A stretch of DNA of 64,000 bases, from the IMG/VR virus record IMGVR_UViG_3300021404_000006, positions 1 to 64,000 of that record; one strand, given 5' to 3'. The stretch is from a virus. The position numbers were made by a program, and so were the translations under genes. The notes under the pieces are model-generated. The model saw only the letters and a list, made by a program, of their open reading frames with translations. It was not told where the DNA came from and ran no database searches. Positions 7,540 through 15,563 of the stretch are shown in pieces; position 1 is the stretch's first letter, and every line of letters starts with the position of its first letter.

Positions 7540-7576
7540 CTCGTCCAATCCGTAAAGACGTAAAATTTCCGGGCAT

Positions 7577-7649
7577 TGGCCCTTAGCTTAATCGGCAAAG
7601 CACTGGACTGTTAATCCGGGGGATATTGGTTCGAATCCAATAAGGTCAG
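7577..7649 (+). tRNA. tRNA-Asn(GTT)
   Basis: CTGGA-CTGTTAA-TCCGG. Confidence 0.9.
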
Positions 7650-7691
7650 CAAGCGCTTTCAAACCCCGGCGCTTTATAAGAACGGGGCTAT

Positions 7692-7766
7692 GGGATCATA
7701 GCAAAATCGGAATAATGCACCACCCTGTCAAGGTGGAGGGTACGGGTTCGAATCCCGTTGGTCTCG
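7692..7766 (+). tRNA. tRNA-Asp(GTC)
   Basis: CCACC-CTGTCAA-GGTGG. Confidence 0.9.
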
Positions 7767-7864
7767 CGTAGTGCCTTCGTTGTCCTTCTGCTCCTGGGGT
7801 GAGAGCCGTATATTTCTACGCTGTTTCAATGTTCTGATTTTTCCAAGCAGGAAGTTTCTGATAC

Positions 7865-9355
7865 ATGGCAAGGCACAGCAGAACGCTGGCAAAGCACGGC
7901 CGGAAAAGGCCTAAAAGGACTTGGCGCAATTCAAACTTCAAGGTGTATTCTCTGGTAGCAGCCGGCGCTATCGTACTGGCGTGTGCTGCGGCAGCTCCTG
8001 GCGTACTGCACGGGAATACCTCGAATCTCGTAGCCACCCAGTTCGCAAACAGCAACGCGCGGGTACAGGCTACTGCTCCTCCCTCTAGCCCCACTGCCGG
8101 CAGCAACAGCGACGCGGCACTTCCCAGCCAGATGACAGGCAGCGAGCAGATACAGCTCGGCAATCTCCTGACGGCACCGCAGTGTACGCTGAACGTGCCC
8201 TCTGATCCGCTGTCATCAGGCCTGTCCCAGCCGTGGTTCCTGGAAAGTGCTACCGCTGCCTGTGCGGAAAACGCTCAGACTGGCGCATTCGTCCAGGCGA
8301 CAATCCTCGATCCGGCCACAGGTGCCCTCAGCGTTTACTACCCGCTGGTAGTACCAGAAGGTGCAACTCCAGCCAGGACCATCGTGCCGCCGGTTCTGCC
8401 GCCTAACGCGGTTGTCACCATCTGGACAGGGTTCAACGGCAGTCAGCTCAAGCTAGCCGGACCTGGTGCGGCGTACTTCGTTAACTTCGCCCAGCAGTCG
8501 TGGGCCAACAGCCCGCAGTTCTTCCAGGCACTGCGTACGGCAATCGGCCAGGGGCTGGTTACCGTTCCTCCTAACGGTACCGCTAAGGACGGTCTCCCCT
8601 GTCCTACCACCCGGGACTTCTCGATCGTGGACCAGGATCAGTCGGACAACGTGCCCTCTTCAGAGCTGGTTGCAGGGCTCGGTGCGACAGCTCAGGCTAA
8701 TGCGGCGAACATCGCTGCGCTGCCGGGTGCTACCCAGCTGTTCAACGGCTCCGATGAAGGGGTCCTGGAATCCGTAGACAGTGCCCTAGGCTGTAAGCAG
8801 TGGATGGTACCCGACCAGACTGACAACAACGTCCTGGCCCCCTCTGCTGCGCTGAACGAGCAGCAGGCCGCATCCTTCCAGGGCATTCCGATGGCCTTGG
8901 TACCTGGCTTGAACGACTTCGTGACCAGCAATGGCACGGCTCCCCCTGCGGGCAAGGAAAACCTGTTCTTGCAGAACCTGTACCGCTTGCAGGTAGGCCA
9001 GCCGCCCACAGGCAACGGCAACGACACCAGAGAGTACTGCGTCAATCTTGCACTGACCGGGGCACCACGGCTGCAACTGGACTTCGATACCGAGTCGTCT
9101 GCACCCACCCCCGCGTTCCTTGCCGGAACCGGCGTCAACCTCGCTCTCGCGCTCGCGCACCGTTTCACGGGCACCTGGGCTAACTTGAACTGTACGGGCC
9201 TTACCGGGCAGCCAAGTCCGGTTACGGTGACCCTATCCGGCAACACTGCTATCGCGGCTACTTTCACGCCGTACCGGGGGCCGCTGTTCGGCCTCTCGTA
9301 CTCCGGGTACCCGTCAGGCAGTTCGTCCTCAGGCAGTACGCATTTCGGATCGTGA
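7865..9355 (+). CDS. Secreted/membrane-anchored protein of unknown function inserted in tRNA array
   Basis: 496-aa ORF; basic N-terminus plus hydrophobic helix; paired Cys; CTLNVPSDPLS and CPTTRDFSIVDQDQSDNV blocks. Confidence 0.8.
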   Translation: MARHSRTLAKHGRKRPKRTWRNSNFKVYSLVAAGAIVLACAAAAPGVLHGNTSNLVATQFANSNARVQATAPPSSPTAGSNSDAALPSQMTGSEQIQLGNLLTAPQCTLNVPSDPLSSGLSQPWFLESATAACAENAQTGAFVQATILDPATGALSVYYPLVVPEGATPARTIVPPVLPPNAVVTIWTGFNGSQLKLAGPGAAYFVNFAQQSWANSPQFFQALRTAIGQGLVTVPPNGTAKDGLPCPTTRDFSIVDQDQSDNVPSSELVAGLGATAQANAANIAALPGATQLFNGSDEGVLESVDSALGCKQWMVPDQTDNNVLAPSAALNEQQAASFQGIPMALVPGLNDFVTSNGTAPPAGKENLFLQNLYRLQVGQPPTGNGNDTREYCVNLALTGAPRLQLDFDTESSAPTPAFLAGTGVNLALALAHRFTGTWANLNCTGLTGQPSPVTVTLSGNTAIAATFTPYRGPLFGLSYSGYPSGSSSSGSTHFGS

Positions 9356-9361
9356 CAGACT

Positions 9362-9405
9362 CTGCTGTATGCCATTCGGGCATTTCCGCCGGGTGGCATA
9401 CAGCA
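9362..9405 (+). terminator. Strong hairpin after secreted-protein gene (terminator or processing site)
   Basis: CTGCTGTATGCCA...TGGCATACAGCAG inverted repeat; no U-tract. Confidence 0.55.
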
Positions 9406-9413
9406 GGAAACAT

Positions 9414-9487
9414 GCAGCGTTAGCACAATGGACTAATGCACCTGACTACGAATCAGGAGAATAGGGGTTCGAGTCCCTTACGCTGTA
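9414..9487 (+). tRNA. tRNA-Arg(ACG)
   Basis: CCTGA-CTACGAA-TCAGG. Confidence 0.9.
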
Positions 9488-9546
9488 CTAGGTCCGTGGG
9501 TACCTTTTGTGAGTCTCTTCGGAGGCCTAGATAAAACCCACATCAA

Positions 9547-9618
9547 GCCTCTTTAGCTCAATGGTAGAGTAACGGTCCTACAAACCGAGGACTTAGGGTT
9601 CGATTCCCTTGAGAGGTA
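9547..9618 (+). tRNA. tRNA-Val(TAC)
   Basis: CGGT-CCTACAA-ACCG. Confidence 0.85.
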
Positions 9619-9620
9619 CC

Positions 9621-9693
9621 GGGTCGTAACTCAAACGGTTGCGAGACTTGGCTGTGACCCAAGTGTGAGCGGGTTCGACTCCCGCACGACCCT
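9621..9693 (+). tRNA. tRNA-His(GTG)
   Basis: CTTGG-CTGTGAC-CCAAG. Confidence 0.82.
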
Positions 9694-9793
9694 CAAGGAA
9701 TGACACTGCTATTCCCTAACCGCAGGACTAGGGCCTCGGGCATGCAGTGCGCTGGAGAGCGCCTAGTGGGAGAAAAATAAGTACTCACATCAA

Positions 9794-9871
9794 GCCTGTT
9801 ACGCTCCAAGGTGGACACGGCGGCTGTAAACCGCTTGCTTCGGCAGGGGAGTTCGATTCTCTCAACAGGTA
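9794..9871 (+). tRNA. tRNA-Tyr(GTA)
   Basis: GGCGG-CTGTAAA-CCGCT, variable arm TGC-TTCG-GCA. Confidence 0.85.
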
Positions 9872-9959
9872 CGGCTCCAGTGCACCGCTATCCGGCCGGT
9901 AGCTAGTTTCCCGTGAGGGATTGCGTTCTGTTAGGGAACGGGTGCACTGGAACTGGCTT

Positions 9960-10031
9960 ACATCTGCTAGCGGACCTAGTTCTTTCCCTCCGAAGGAAGG
10001 ACACCGAGTTCGACTCTCGGCAGGTGTACCA
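9960..10031 (+). tRNA. tRNA-Arg(CCG)
   Basis: TTTCC-CTCCGAA-GGAAG, encoded CCA. Confidence 0.82.
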
Positions 10032-10105
10032 CGGAGGTTGGCCGAGAGGCGAGGCGCTAGGCTGCAACCCTAGTTACGCGGGTTCAAATCCCGCATCTCC
10101 GTCCA
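10032..10105 (+). tRNA. tRNA-Cys(GCA)
   Basis: CTAGG-CTGCAAC-CCTAG, U73, CCA. Confidence 0.9.
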
Positions 10106-10106
10106 T

Positions 10107-10178
10107 AGTCCTGACAGCGGACCTGTACCTGCGTCCCCTAAATGCGGCGTCCGAGTTCGACTCTCGGTAGGACTACCA
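10107..10178 (+). tRNA. tRNA-Arg(CCT)
   Basis: TGCGT-CCCCTAA-ATGCG, encoded CCA. Confidence 0.82.
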
Positions 10179-10198
10179 GTGCTCATCACTATGAACTA

Positions 10199-10278
10199 GG
10201 GGCCGGGTTGGTATCGACGTAGGGAAAGCCGCATGCGGCACCCGCCACGGATCTAGGGTTCGAATCCCTACGGCTCCA
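10199..10278 (+). ncRNA. Minimal tmRNA-like RNA (tRNA-like domain only, no tag reading frame)
   Basis: GGGGCCG/CGGCTCC-A acceptor with G3:U70; stemless D-loop GGTTGGTATCGAC resembling tmRNA GG-x-TTCGAC; GGA before T arm TAGGG-TTCGAAT-CCCTA; no anticodon loop. Confidence 0.7.
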
Positions 10279-10279
10279 C

Positions 10280-11950
10280 TTAACCGATCGATTTCAGGAT
10301 GTCGTAGTCGTGGCGTTTCTTGTTCAGTCCCCACGCTGCCAGGTTGCAGCTCACCGCCGGCGTGATGTCCGTGGTTGAGTCCCTGCGGCACCAGGTCTTG
10401 CCTCCGTCGCCCATAAGACGCGTTTCAGCCGTTCCCACGGCATGCCAGAGGGTGTACCCGGTCTTCTCTCCCAGGTGCCTTAGCGGCCGGTTCTCGTCCT
10501 TGCACTGCTGCACGAACCAGGCGTAAGCCGCCGCGTCGTCGCTAGCCGTGGACCTGATGAGCCTGGACCCGAACTTATGATGCTTCGGCCACAGCTTCTC
10601 AAGGTCATCTCCGAGGCCTGCGGCCGGCCCTGTGCGCGGCGCTACGATCGCCAGGGGCCTGTACTTCTGTACCAGCTCCGCCAGCCGGTCTACAACCCAG
10701 TTAGTGCCAGGGCGGGCACAGTTCCTCGGGATCTCCATCACCAGGAAGCCTTCAGGATGCACCCAGGAAACCGCGATCGAGGCGCTGGTACCGTCCTCGG
10801 CAACATCCAGCGCGAAGGCTGTCTGGCCGCCAGCAGGGATGATTCCTGGCTTCTTCACCGTCAGGCTGCGAAACAGGTCTTCGGAAACTACCTTCCAGGC
10901 TTCCTCTTCCGCCGGCCACTGGCCGACGCCCAGCCGCTCGCGGTCGTACTCGACATCGGAAAGCGTCGCCAGCTCGTTCTTCGTGAATTCCCAGGACAGG
11001 CGGTAGCCGAACCCAGGATTGGCCTTAGCCGCGCTCTCAGGGGTGTCGCGGTCGTCGTGCTCATCGCAGACGATGTAATGGTTGGTCTTCCGTCCGTTGG
11101 TACGGTCTACCTTGCACGTCGGCAGGTGCGGCTGTATCGACCATTCAGCGCCGAACAGGTCTTTAGTGTCGTGCGTGATGCGCCTGCGGGACCGGGCCAG
11201 CTGCTCGGAGTCTTCCAGGCCTGCGGAGCCGGCCAGCCACATCTGCGAGTTGGGCACGGCGGACATGGTAGGCAGCGAGGCACCGACTGATTCGGCCGCG
11301 AGGATCATGGCTTCGTCGTAGATCAGGCAGTTACAGGTGAAGCCTCGGGCGGAGCCACGCGACCTCGCCAGGAAGCGAAGTCGCGGGCTTACGCTCTCGA
11401 AGACGCGCTTACGGCCGGAGCCGAAGATAAGGGTGGGCCTGGCAAGGAGCTGAATCTGCTCTTCACCGTGAGAAAACCGTGGCTTGCCTTTCATGCGCCG
11501 CGACAGAGCCGGGTAGTTCTCAATGGTCTGGATGACGCGGAGGAAATGCTCCTGGGCAGTCTTCAGCTCGTGGGCCGTGTGAATAATAAGCTTCTCGCCC
11601 AGCAGGTACATGCCCGCCAGCTCGCGGATTTCCAGGATCGTGCCCTTGCCGTTCTGCCTGGAAACAATTACGTCATTCTCGAAGCTAGCCCACCGGCCGT
11701 CAGGACGCGTACCGCAGGCTTCCCTGATCACCCATTCCTGCCACGGGTCCGGTTTGTAGCCGAAGCCTTTAGCCCAGTCAAGAATTTCAGTGGAAAGGTA
11801 ATCGCCGCATCCTATTCCGCTGTAGCCGTCTTCAGTTATACCACAGCTAGGGCAGGTGCTTACTTCTTCCCTGTGCCTGTCGGGCGCAGTCCAGAACCGG
11901 GGCATTTGCTGCCCGTAAACCTCTGGTTCTTCAAGTACGGCACTTACCAT
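10280..11950 (-). CDS. terL: Terminase large subunit
   Basis: PDPWQ Q-motif, Walker A SRQNGKG, Walker B LIYDEA, ANPG, ERLG, RNase H-like FALDV. Confidence 0.93.
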   Translation of the reverse strand: MVSAVLEEPEVYGQQMPRFWTAPDRHREEVSTCPSCGITEDGYSGIGCGDYLSTEILDWAKGFGYKPDPWQEWVIREACGTRPDGRWASFENDVIVSRQNGKGTILEIRELAGMYLLGEKLIIHTAHELKTAQEHFLRVIQTIENYPALSRRMKGKPRFSHGEEQIQLLARPTLIFGSGRKRVFESVSPRLRFLARSRGSARGFTCNCLIYDEAMILAAESVGASLPTMSAVPNSQMWLAGSAGLEDSEQLARSRRRITHDTKDLFGAEWSIQPHLPTCKVDRTNGRKTNHYIVCDEHDDRDTPESAAKANPGFGYRLSWEFTKNELATLSDVEYDRERLGVGQWPAEEEAWKVVSEDLFRSLTVKKPGIIPAGGQTAFALDVAEDGTSASIAVSWVHPEGFLVMEIPRNCARPGTNWVVDRLAELVQKYRPLAIVAPRTGPAAGLGDDLEKLWPKHHKFGSRLIRSTASDDAAAYAWFVQQCKDENRPLRHLGEKTGYTLWHAVGTAETRLMGDGGKTWCRRDSTTDITPAVSCNLAAWGLNKKRHDYDILKSIG

Positions 11951-11960
11951 ACATTGTATA

Positions 11961-12317
11961 TTACACGATGTTAAGTTCGGCCCTCGGAATCCAGGTGGCC
12001 GTCTCCAGGTCCCAGACGTGTGATGTGAGTACGATACTGCGAGTATGGGACTGCCTGTATTGCCTGGCGCGCTCTTGTCCTTGTTTGCGGCTGTCCGCCA
12101 GTCCGCCGTTTACCTTGCTCTCCTTGTAGAACAGGTGCCAGTAGAAGCTGTCGGGCTCGGCCGGGCCGTTTATCTGGTTGACTACGATTTCGTAATCCTC
12201 ATTCCAGGCCTCCATGAGGTCGAAAAGGCGCCTCGTGTATTCACGGCGCTTCTGTATCGCGTCGGCAGAGGAGGTGCGTCCAGCTGGGGTCCGCAGAAAG
12301 TTCTTTGACTTCGACAT
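11961..12317 (-). CDS. Hypothetical phage protein
   Basis: ORF in tightly packed minus-strand operon. Confidence 0.65.
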   Translation of the reverse strand: MSKSKNFLRTPAGRTSSADAIQKRREYTRRLFDLMEAWNEDYEIVVNQINGPAEPDSFYWHLFYKESKVNGGLADSRKQGQERARQYRQSHTRSIVLTSHVWDLETATWIPRAELNIV

Positions 12318-12594
12318 AACGGTGAAAATGCTTCCATGTCTCGTAGGCGTCCGGGCATTCCATAAGCAGGGTGCCGATTACTTCTGTGTACCAGCCGGAA
12401 GGACGCATATCGCGCTCCTGGCTGATGGGCTTGCGCATGCGGGTGGAACTGGTTTCGTGCCTTAGCCGGTACTTCATGCAGTTGATCGACACTGCCGTCC
12501 TGCCGAGCTTTTCAGCTAGAACGCTGTCAGGCATCGCCATGTTATCACTAACCAGGTCTTTTTCGGCCTGAGTCCAGTTAGGGCCTGCGCCCAT
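12241..12594 (-). CDS. Putative Myb/HTH-like DNA-binding protein
   Basis: NWTQAEKDL...LAEKLGRTAVSI pattern. Confidence 0.55.
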   Translation of the reverse strand: MGAGPNWTQAEKDLVSDNMAMPDSVLAEKLGRTAVSINCMKYRLRHETSSTRMRKPISQERDMRPSGWYTEVIGTLLMECPDAYETWKHFHRYVEVKELSADPSWTHLLCRRDTEAP

Positions 12595-12850
12595 TTAGCA
12601 TCACCTTCGCAGTGTTGTTCCAGAACACGTGGATCGGGTCGTACTCAGGGGGCAGCACCCCGAACAGGTGCGCGGTAAGTATTCCCCACGCGGTAAAGAT
12701 GACCGGCTTGCCTACCGGATGCCTGCTCGCGGCCCGGAAAGCTTCGCTCATGGTTCTTTCGTCAAGTAGCTCAGCTATGACGACTACAGTTCCTACCGCT
12801 ACCCACCCGGTTGCCCCAGGAGAAAGCCGTTTCATGCGCTTATCCCGCAC
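12578..12850 (-). CDS. Small membrane protein
   Basis: Two hydrophobic segments, TMSEAF and LTAHL motifs. Confidence 0.65.
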   Translation of the reverse strand: MRDKRMKRLSPGATGWVAVGTVVVIAELLDERTMSEAFRAASRHPVGKPVIFTAWGILTAHLFGVLPPEYDPIHVFWNNTAKVMLNGRRP

Positions 12851-13029
12851 TTCTTCAACCTTGCCTTGGTGTTTTCTATTCCCCTCTTGCCCTTAGAGGG
12901 AGTGGTGGCCGTTACCAGCCTTAGCTTCCCTGTTTCGTCGTACCACTTCAGGTGCTTTCCCTGCACCAGGGTCCAGTTCATCTCTTCTGCCAGGGCGACT
13001 TCCTTGCGCAGGTCAGCCGGTATTTTCAC
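12832..13029 (-). CDS. HicA-like toxin-fold protein
   Basis: 65 aa, basic; W-x5-GKHLKW and TPS motifs with C-terminal LKKCG. Confidence 0.6.
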   Translation of the reverse strand: MKIPADLRKEVALAEEMNWTLVQGKHLKWYDETGKLRLVTATTPSKGKRGIENTKARLKKCGISA

Positions 13030-13274
13030 CGTTGGGCCTTGTCAGCTGCCCAGCCAAGGAGAATGCTCAGCTGCCTGAGCGAGATGGACCTGTTGTTGGC
13101 TATCTGCTTCATGATGCCCAGCCTGACGCCTTTCGGGTAAGGGCTCTTATCGGCAAGGGCAAGTGCTACGTGGAGGTCTACGTCTACCCGGGTGTAAAAG
13201 TCCAGCTGGCCGGCGTGCCGTCGCAGGTCTTCGTAACCGAAGGTCTTAACCTCCGGGGTTAGCTTTTTACTCAT
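13026..13274 (-). CDS. Hypothetical protein
   Basis: Overlaps both neighbours in the operon. Confidence 0.6.
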   Translation of the reverse strand: MSKKLTPEVKTFGYEDLRRHAGQLDFYTRVDVDLHVALALADKSPYPKGVRLGIMKQIANNRSISLRQLSILLGWAADKAQR

Positions 13275-13698
13275 CTACGTAGCCTCCGTCCATCAGGAGC
13301 AGCCTTTCGCGTCGCTTCCGCTTCTTCTCGGTGTCGTCGTCTTCCTCGGCCGGAGGGAACTGGTCCCTGAGCTGGGCTAGCTGCGTACGCGATTCTTTCA
13401 GTAGCGGGGCGATGTCCCGGTCGGCAACTTCCCCGCTGTCGATCAGTCTAGCTGTCTTGAGCATCAGCTGGGCGATAGTTCCCTTAGAAGCCTCTTCCGG
13501 TAGCCGGTCCAGGTCTTCGAGCACGCCGGATTCAACCTGGCCTACTTCCGGTTCCTCGTGCTCAGCTAGCGATCCGTCCATCTCGCACAAGTAGGTGCCA
13601 CGGCGCAGGTAGTAGAACCGCTGGCCGATTTCTATGCGGGCATGGCACCGCGCACATGAGGTAAGCCGGTCAGCCGACTCGATCCACCTAGCTGCCAT
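13267..13698 (-). CDS. Probable terminase small subunit with N-terminal Zn-finger-like motif
   Basis: AQLMLKTARLIDSG...IAPLLKESRTQLAQL helical pattern like actinophage TerS; upstream of terL on same strand. Confidence 0.55.
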   Translation of the reverse strand: MAARWIESADRLTSCARCHARIEIGQRFYYLRRGTYLCEMDGSLAEHEEPEVGQVESGVLEDLDRLPEEASKGTIAQLMLKTARLIDSGEVADRDIAPLLKESRTQLAQLRDQFPPAEEDDDTEKKRKRRERLLLMDGGYVDE

Positions 13699-13776
13699 TG
13701 AAAAATCTCCAGATGAGTAGGGTAATGAAGAAAAAGCACAGTACGCCGAGTATGCCGCCTATCAGGTTGCCCATGT

Positions 13777-13971
13777 TTACCTCTCGGGCGGGCGGCCGAT
13801 TCTGGCGACCTGCTCATCGGTTTCTTTCCATTCCCCGGCTAGCAGGTAACGGTTAAAGGCACGGCAGATGAGGCTGCCTCCAGGTAGGTGCAGCCTGTGT
13901 GCCCACCACTCGTCTATCCAGGCGAACATCTTAGTCCGCGACTTGCCTAGCCAGGCGCGTATCTTACTCAC
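13777..13971 (-). CDS. Hypothetical protein
   Basis: ORF with RBS in operon. Confidence 0.5.
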   Translation of the reverse strand: MSKIRAWLGKSRTKMFAWIDEWWAHRLHLPGGSLICRAFNRYLLAGEWKETDEQVARIGRPPER

Positions 13972-14103
13972 GCGGGCCTCCTATTGGCCAGAACCGGCCC
14001 CACAGCAGGATGCAGCCGCATACAACAGCAGTTCCCACCAGGTACCAGATAAGTACCTGCCAGTCATCCCAGGTCAAGTCGCTCAGATCCTCCCACGCTA
14101 GCA

Positions 14104-14421
14104 TCACGTGACATCCTGGTACGAGTGCCCGGTGATGACCTGCCTGACTGTGCTGCGTCCGATGATCCCTCCGAGCTTCTTCGCGATCCTTGCTTCCCCG
14201 AAGCCTTCCGCTGCCCACTCGCGGATCTGCCGTACCTGGTCATCGCTCAGCTTGCGGTTCTTGTTGCGCAGAACGCTTCCCTTGAAGCTCTTGCCCAGCA
14301 CTACGTTGCGGATGGTGTCAACGTGAACGCCGTACTCCCGGGCGATCTGAGACTTAGGGAACCCGAACTCATCGAACAAGCGTATGAACTCAGCGTCCAT
14401 GTTGGTAAGTTTACGGTTCAA
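14104..14421 (-). CDS. Double HTH DNA-binding protein
   Basis: Two repeats of KL(T/S)...IAREYGV / IAKKLG HTH modules. Confidence 0.75.
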   Translation of the reverse strand: MNRKLTNMDAEFIRLFDEFGFPKSQIAREYGVHVDTIRNVVLGKSFKGSVLRNKNRKLSDDQVRQIREWAAEGFGEARIAKKLGGIIGRSTVRQVITGHSYQDVT

Positions 14422-14665
14422 CTAACTTTCCCCTCGAAGTGCTCCTTGAGCAGAAGATACAGCTCGAACGCATAATCCTCAGGCATAACAATGGGAACGT
14501 CGTTATTCTTCCTGCGGATGAGCATCGTCGGGGGCGGCGGAGGCGGCGAGGGCCTGAATTCCAGCCGGAACAGCGGTTCGTCGTCATCAGCCACGGAAAT
14601 TCTCCTGTCTCTGTGCAGCTAAGTCTACTGGGAACAGGATCGCTGCTGGTAGTGTTACTGCTTCT

Positions 14666-15244
14666 ATGAAGGACTTTCTGGGTAACGAGTACGGCGAAGG
14701 CGACCTGGTGATCTACGCGGCAGCGTCAGGCAGGTGCATCACCATGGTGATCGGCCGCGTCGTGAGCATCAGCCAGCGCGAGTCGCGGGACTACGCCGAG
14801 CGGCCGGACGGCACGTGGGGCTATTTCAAGGTTCCTGTGACGGACAAAGACGGCAATCCGGTCTATTCCGTCCGCGTCCAGCCGCTGAACTCTTCCCGCT
14901 GGGAGCAGCACAGCCCGCGTATCTACTACGTGGACACGCGTACCGGCAAGACGGTAGACCGCTACAGCCACGTCAAGGAGCACAGCTACTCCACGGACGC
15001 GAGGACCGGCGAGCGCCTGCCGGACATCTGTGGTGAGTACTACATCTGGAAAACAGAGAGGCGCTACGGGTACGAGGAAAGGGTTTCCTGCAAGAACCCT
15101 GATTACGTTTTGCCTGAACTGCGCACCTACCACCCGACTGTCTTCGAAGATTACCTGGAAGAGCGCCGCGAAGGCCCGAAGCCGGTTACCATTACGGTGA
15201 CGGAGAACATCGTCAAGTGGAGCGGAGAGCTTCCGGATGCCTGA
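14666..15244 (+). CDS. Hypothetical phage protein
   Basis: MKDFLGNE...GDLVIYA N-terminus typical of phage SH3-like proteins. Confidence 0.7.
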   Translation: MKDFLGNEYGEGDLVIYAAASGRCITMVIGRVVSISQRESRDYAERPDGTWGYFKVPVTDKDGNPVYSVRVQPLNSSRWEQHSPRIYYVDTRTGKTVDRYSHVKEHSYSTDARTGERLPDICGEYYIWKTERRYGYEERVSCKNPDYVLPELRTYHPTVFEDYLEERREGPKPVTITVTENIVKWSGELPDA

Positions 15245-15563
15245 CCACGTTAATCACCCGCAGCATTACGGTGGTGAAGACGATCCGTACGAGGTTATCA
15301 AGGTCATGATCGCCTGGGACCCGGAAATGGCCTACCATTTCTGCGTCGGCAACGCGATCAAGTACCTAGGCCGCCTCGGCAAGAAAGATCCTGAGAAACG
15401 CGTCGAAGACCTGAGGAAATCTTCCTGGTACTCAGAACAGGCAGCAAATATCTACACCATGTACCTGTCTGAAGAGCCAAAGTCGGACATGGAGGAATTG
15501 TTGACAGGGACGATAAACAGATACGCGCGGATAAAGCAGGAGGAATCAGATGTACGACGCTGA
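15237..15563 (+). CDS. DUF3310 (SaV-like) protein
   Basis: DHVNHPQHY, FCVGNAIKYL, EDLRKS-WY. Confidence 0.88.
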   Translation: MPDHVNHPQHYGGEDDPYEVIKVMIAWDPEMAYHFCVGNAIKYLGRLGKKDPEKRVEDLRKSSWYSEQAANIYTMYLSEEPKSDMEELLTGTINRYARIKQEESDVRR

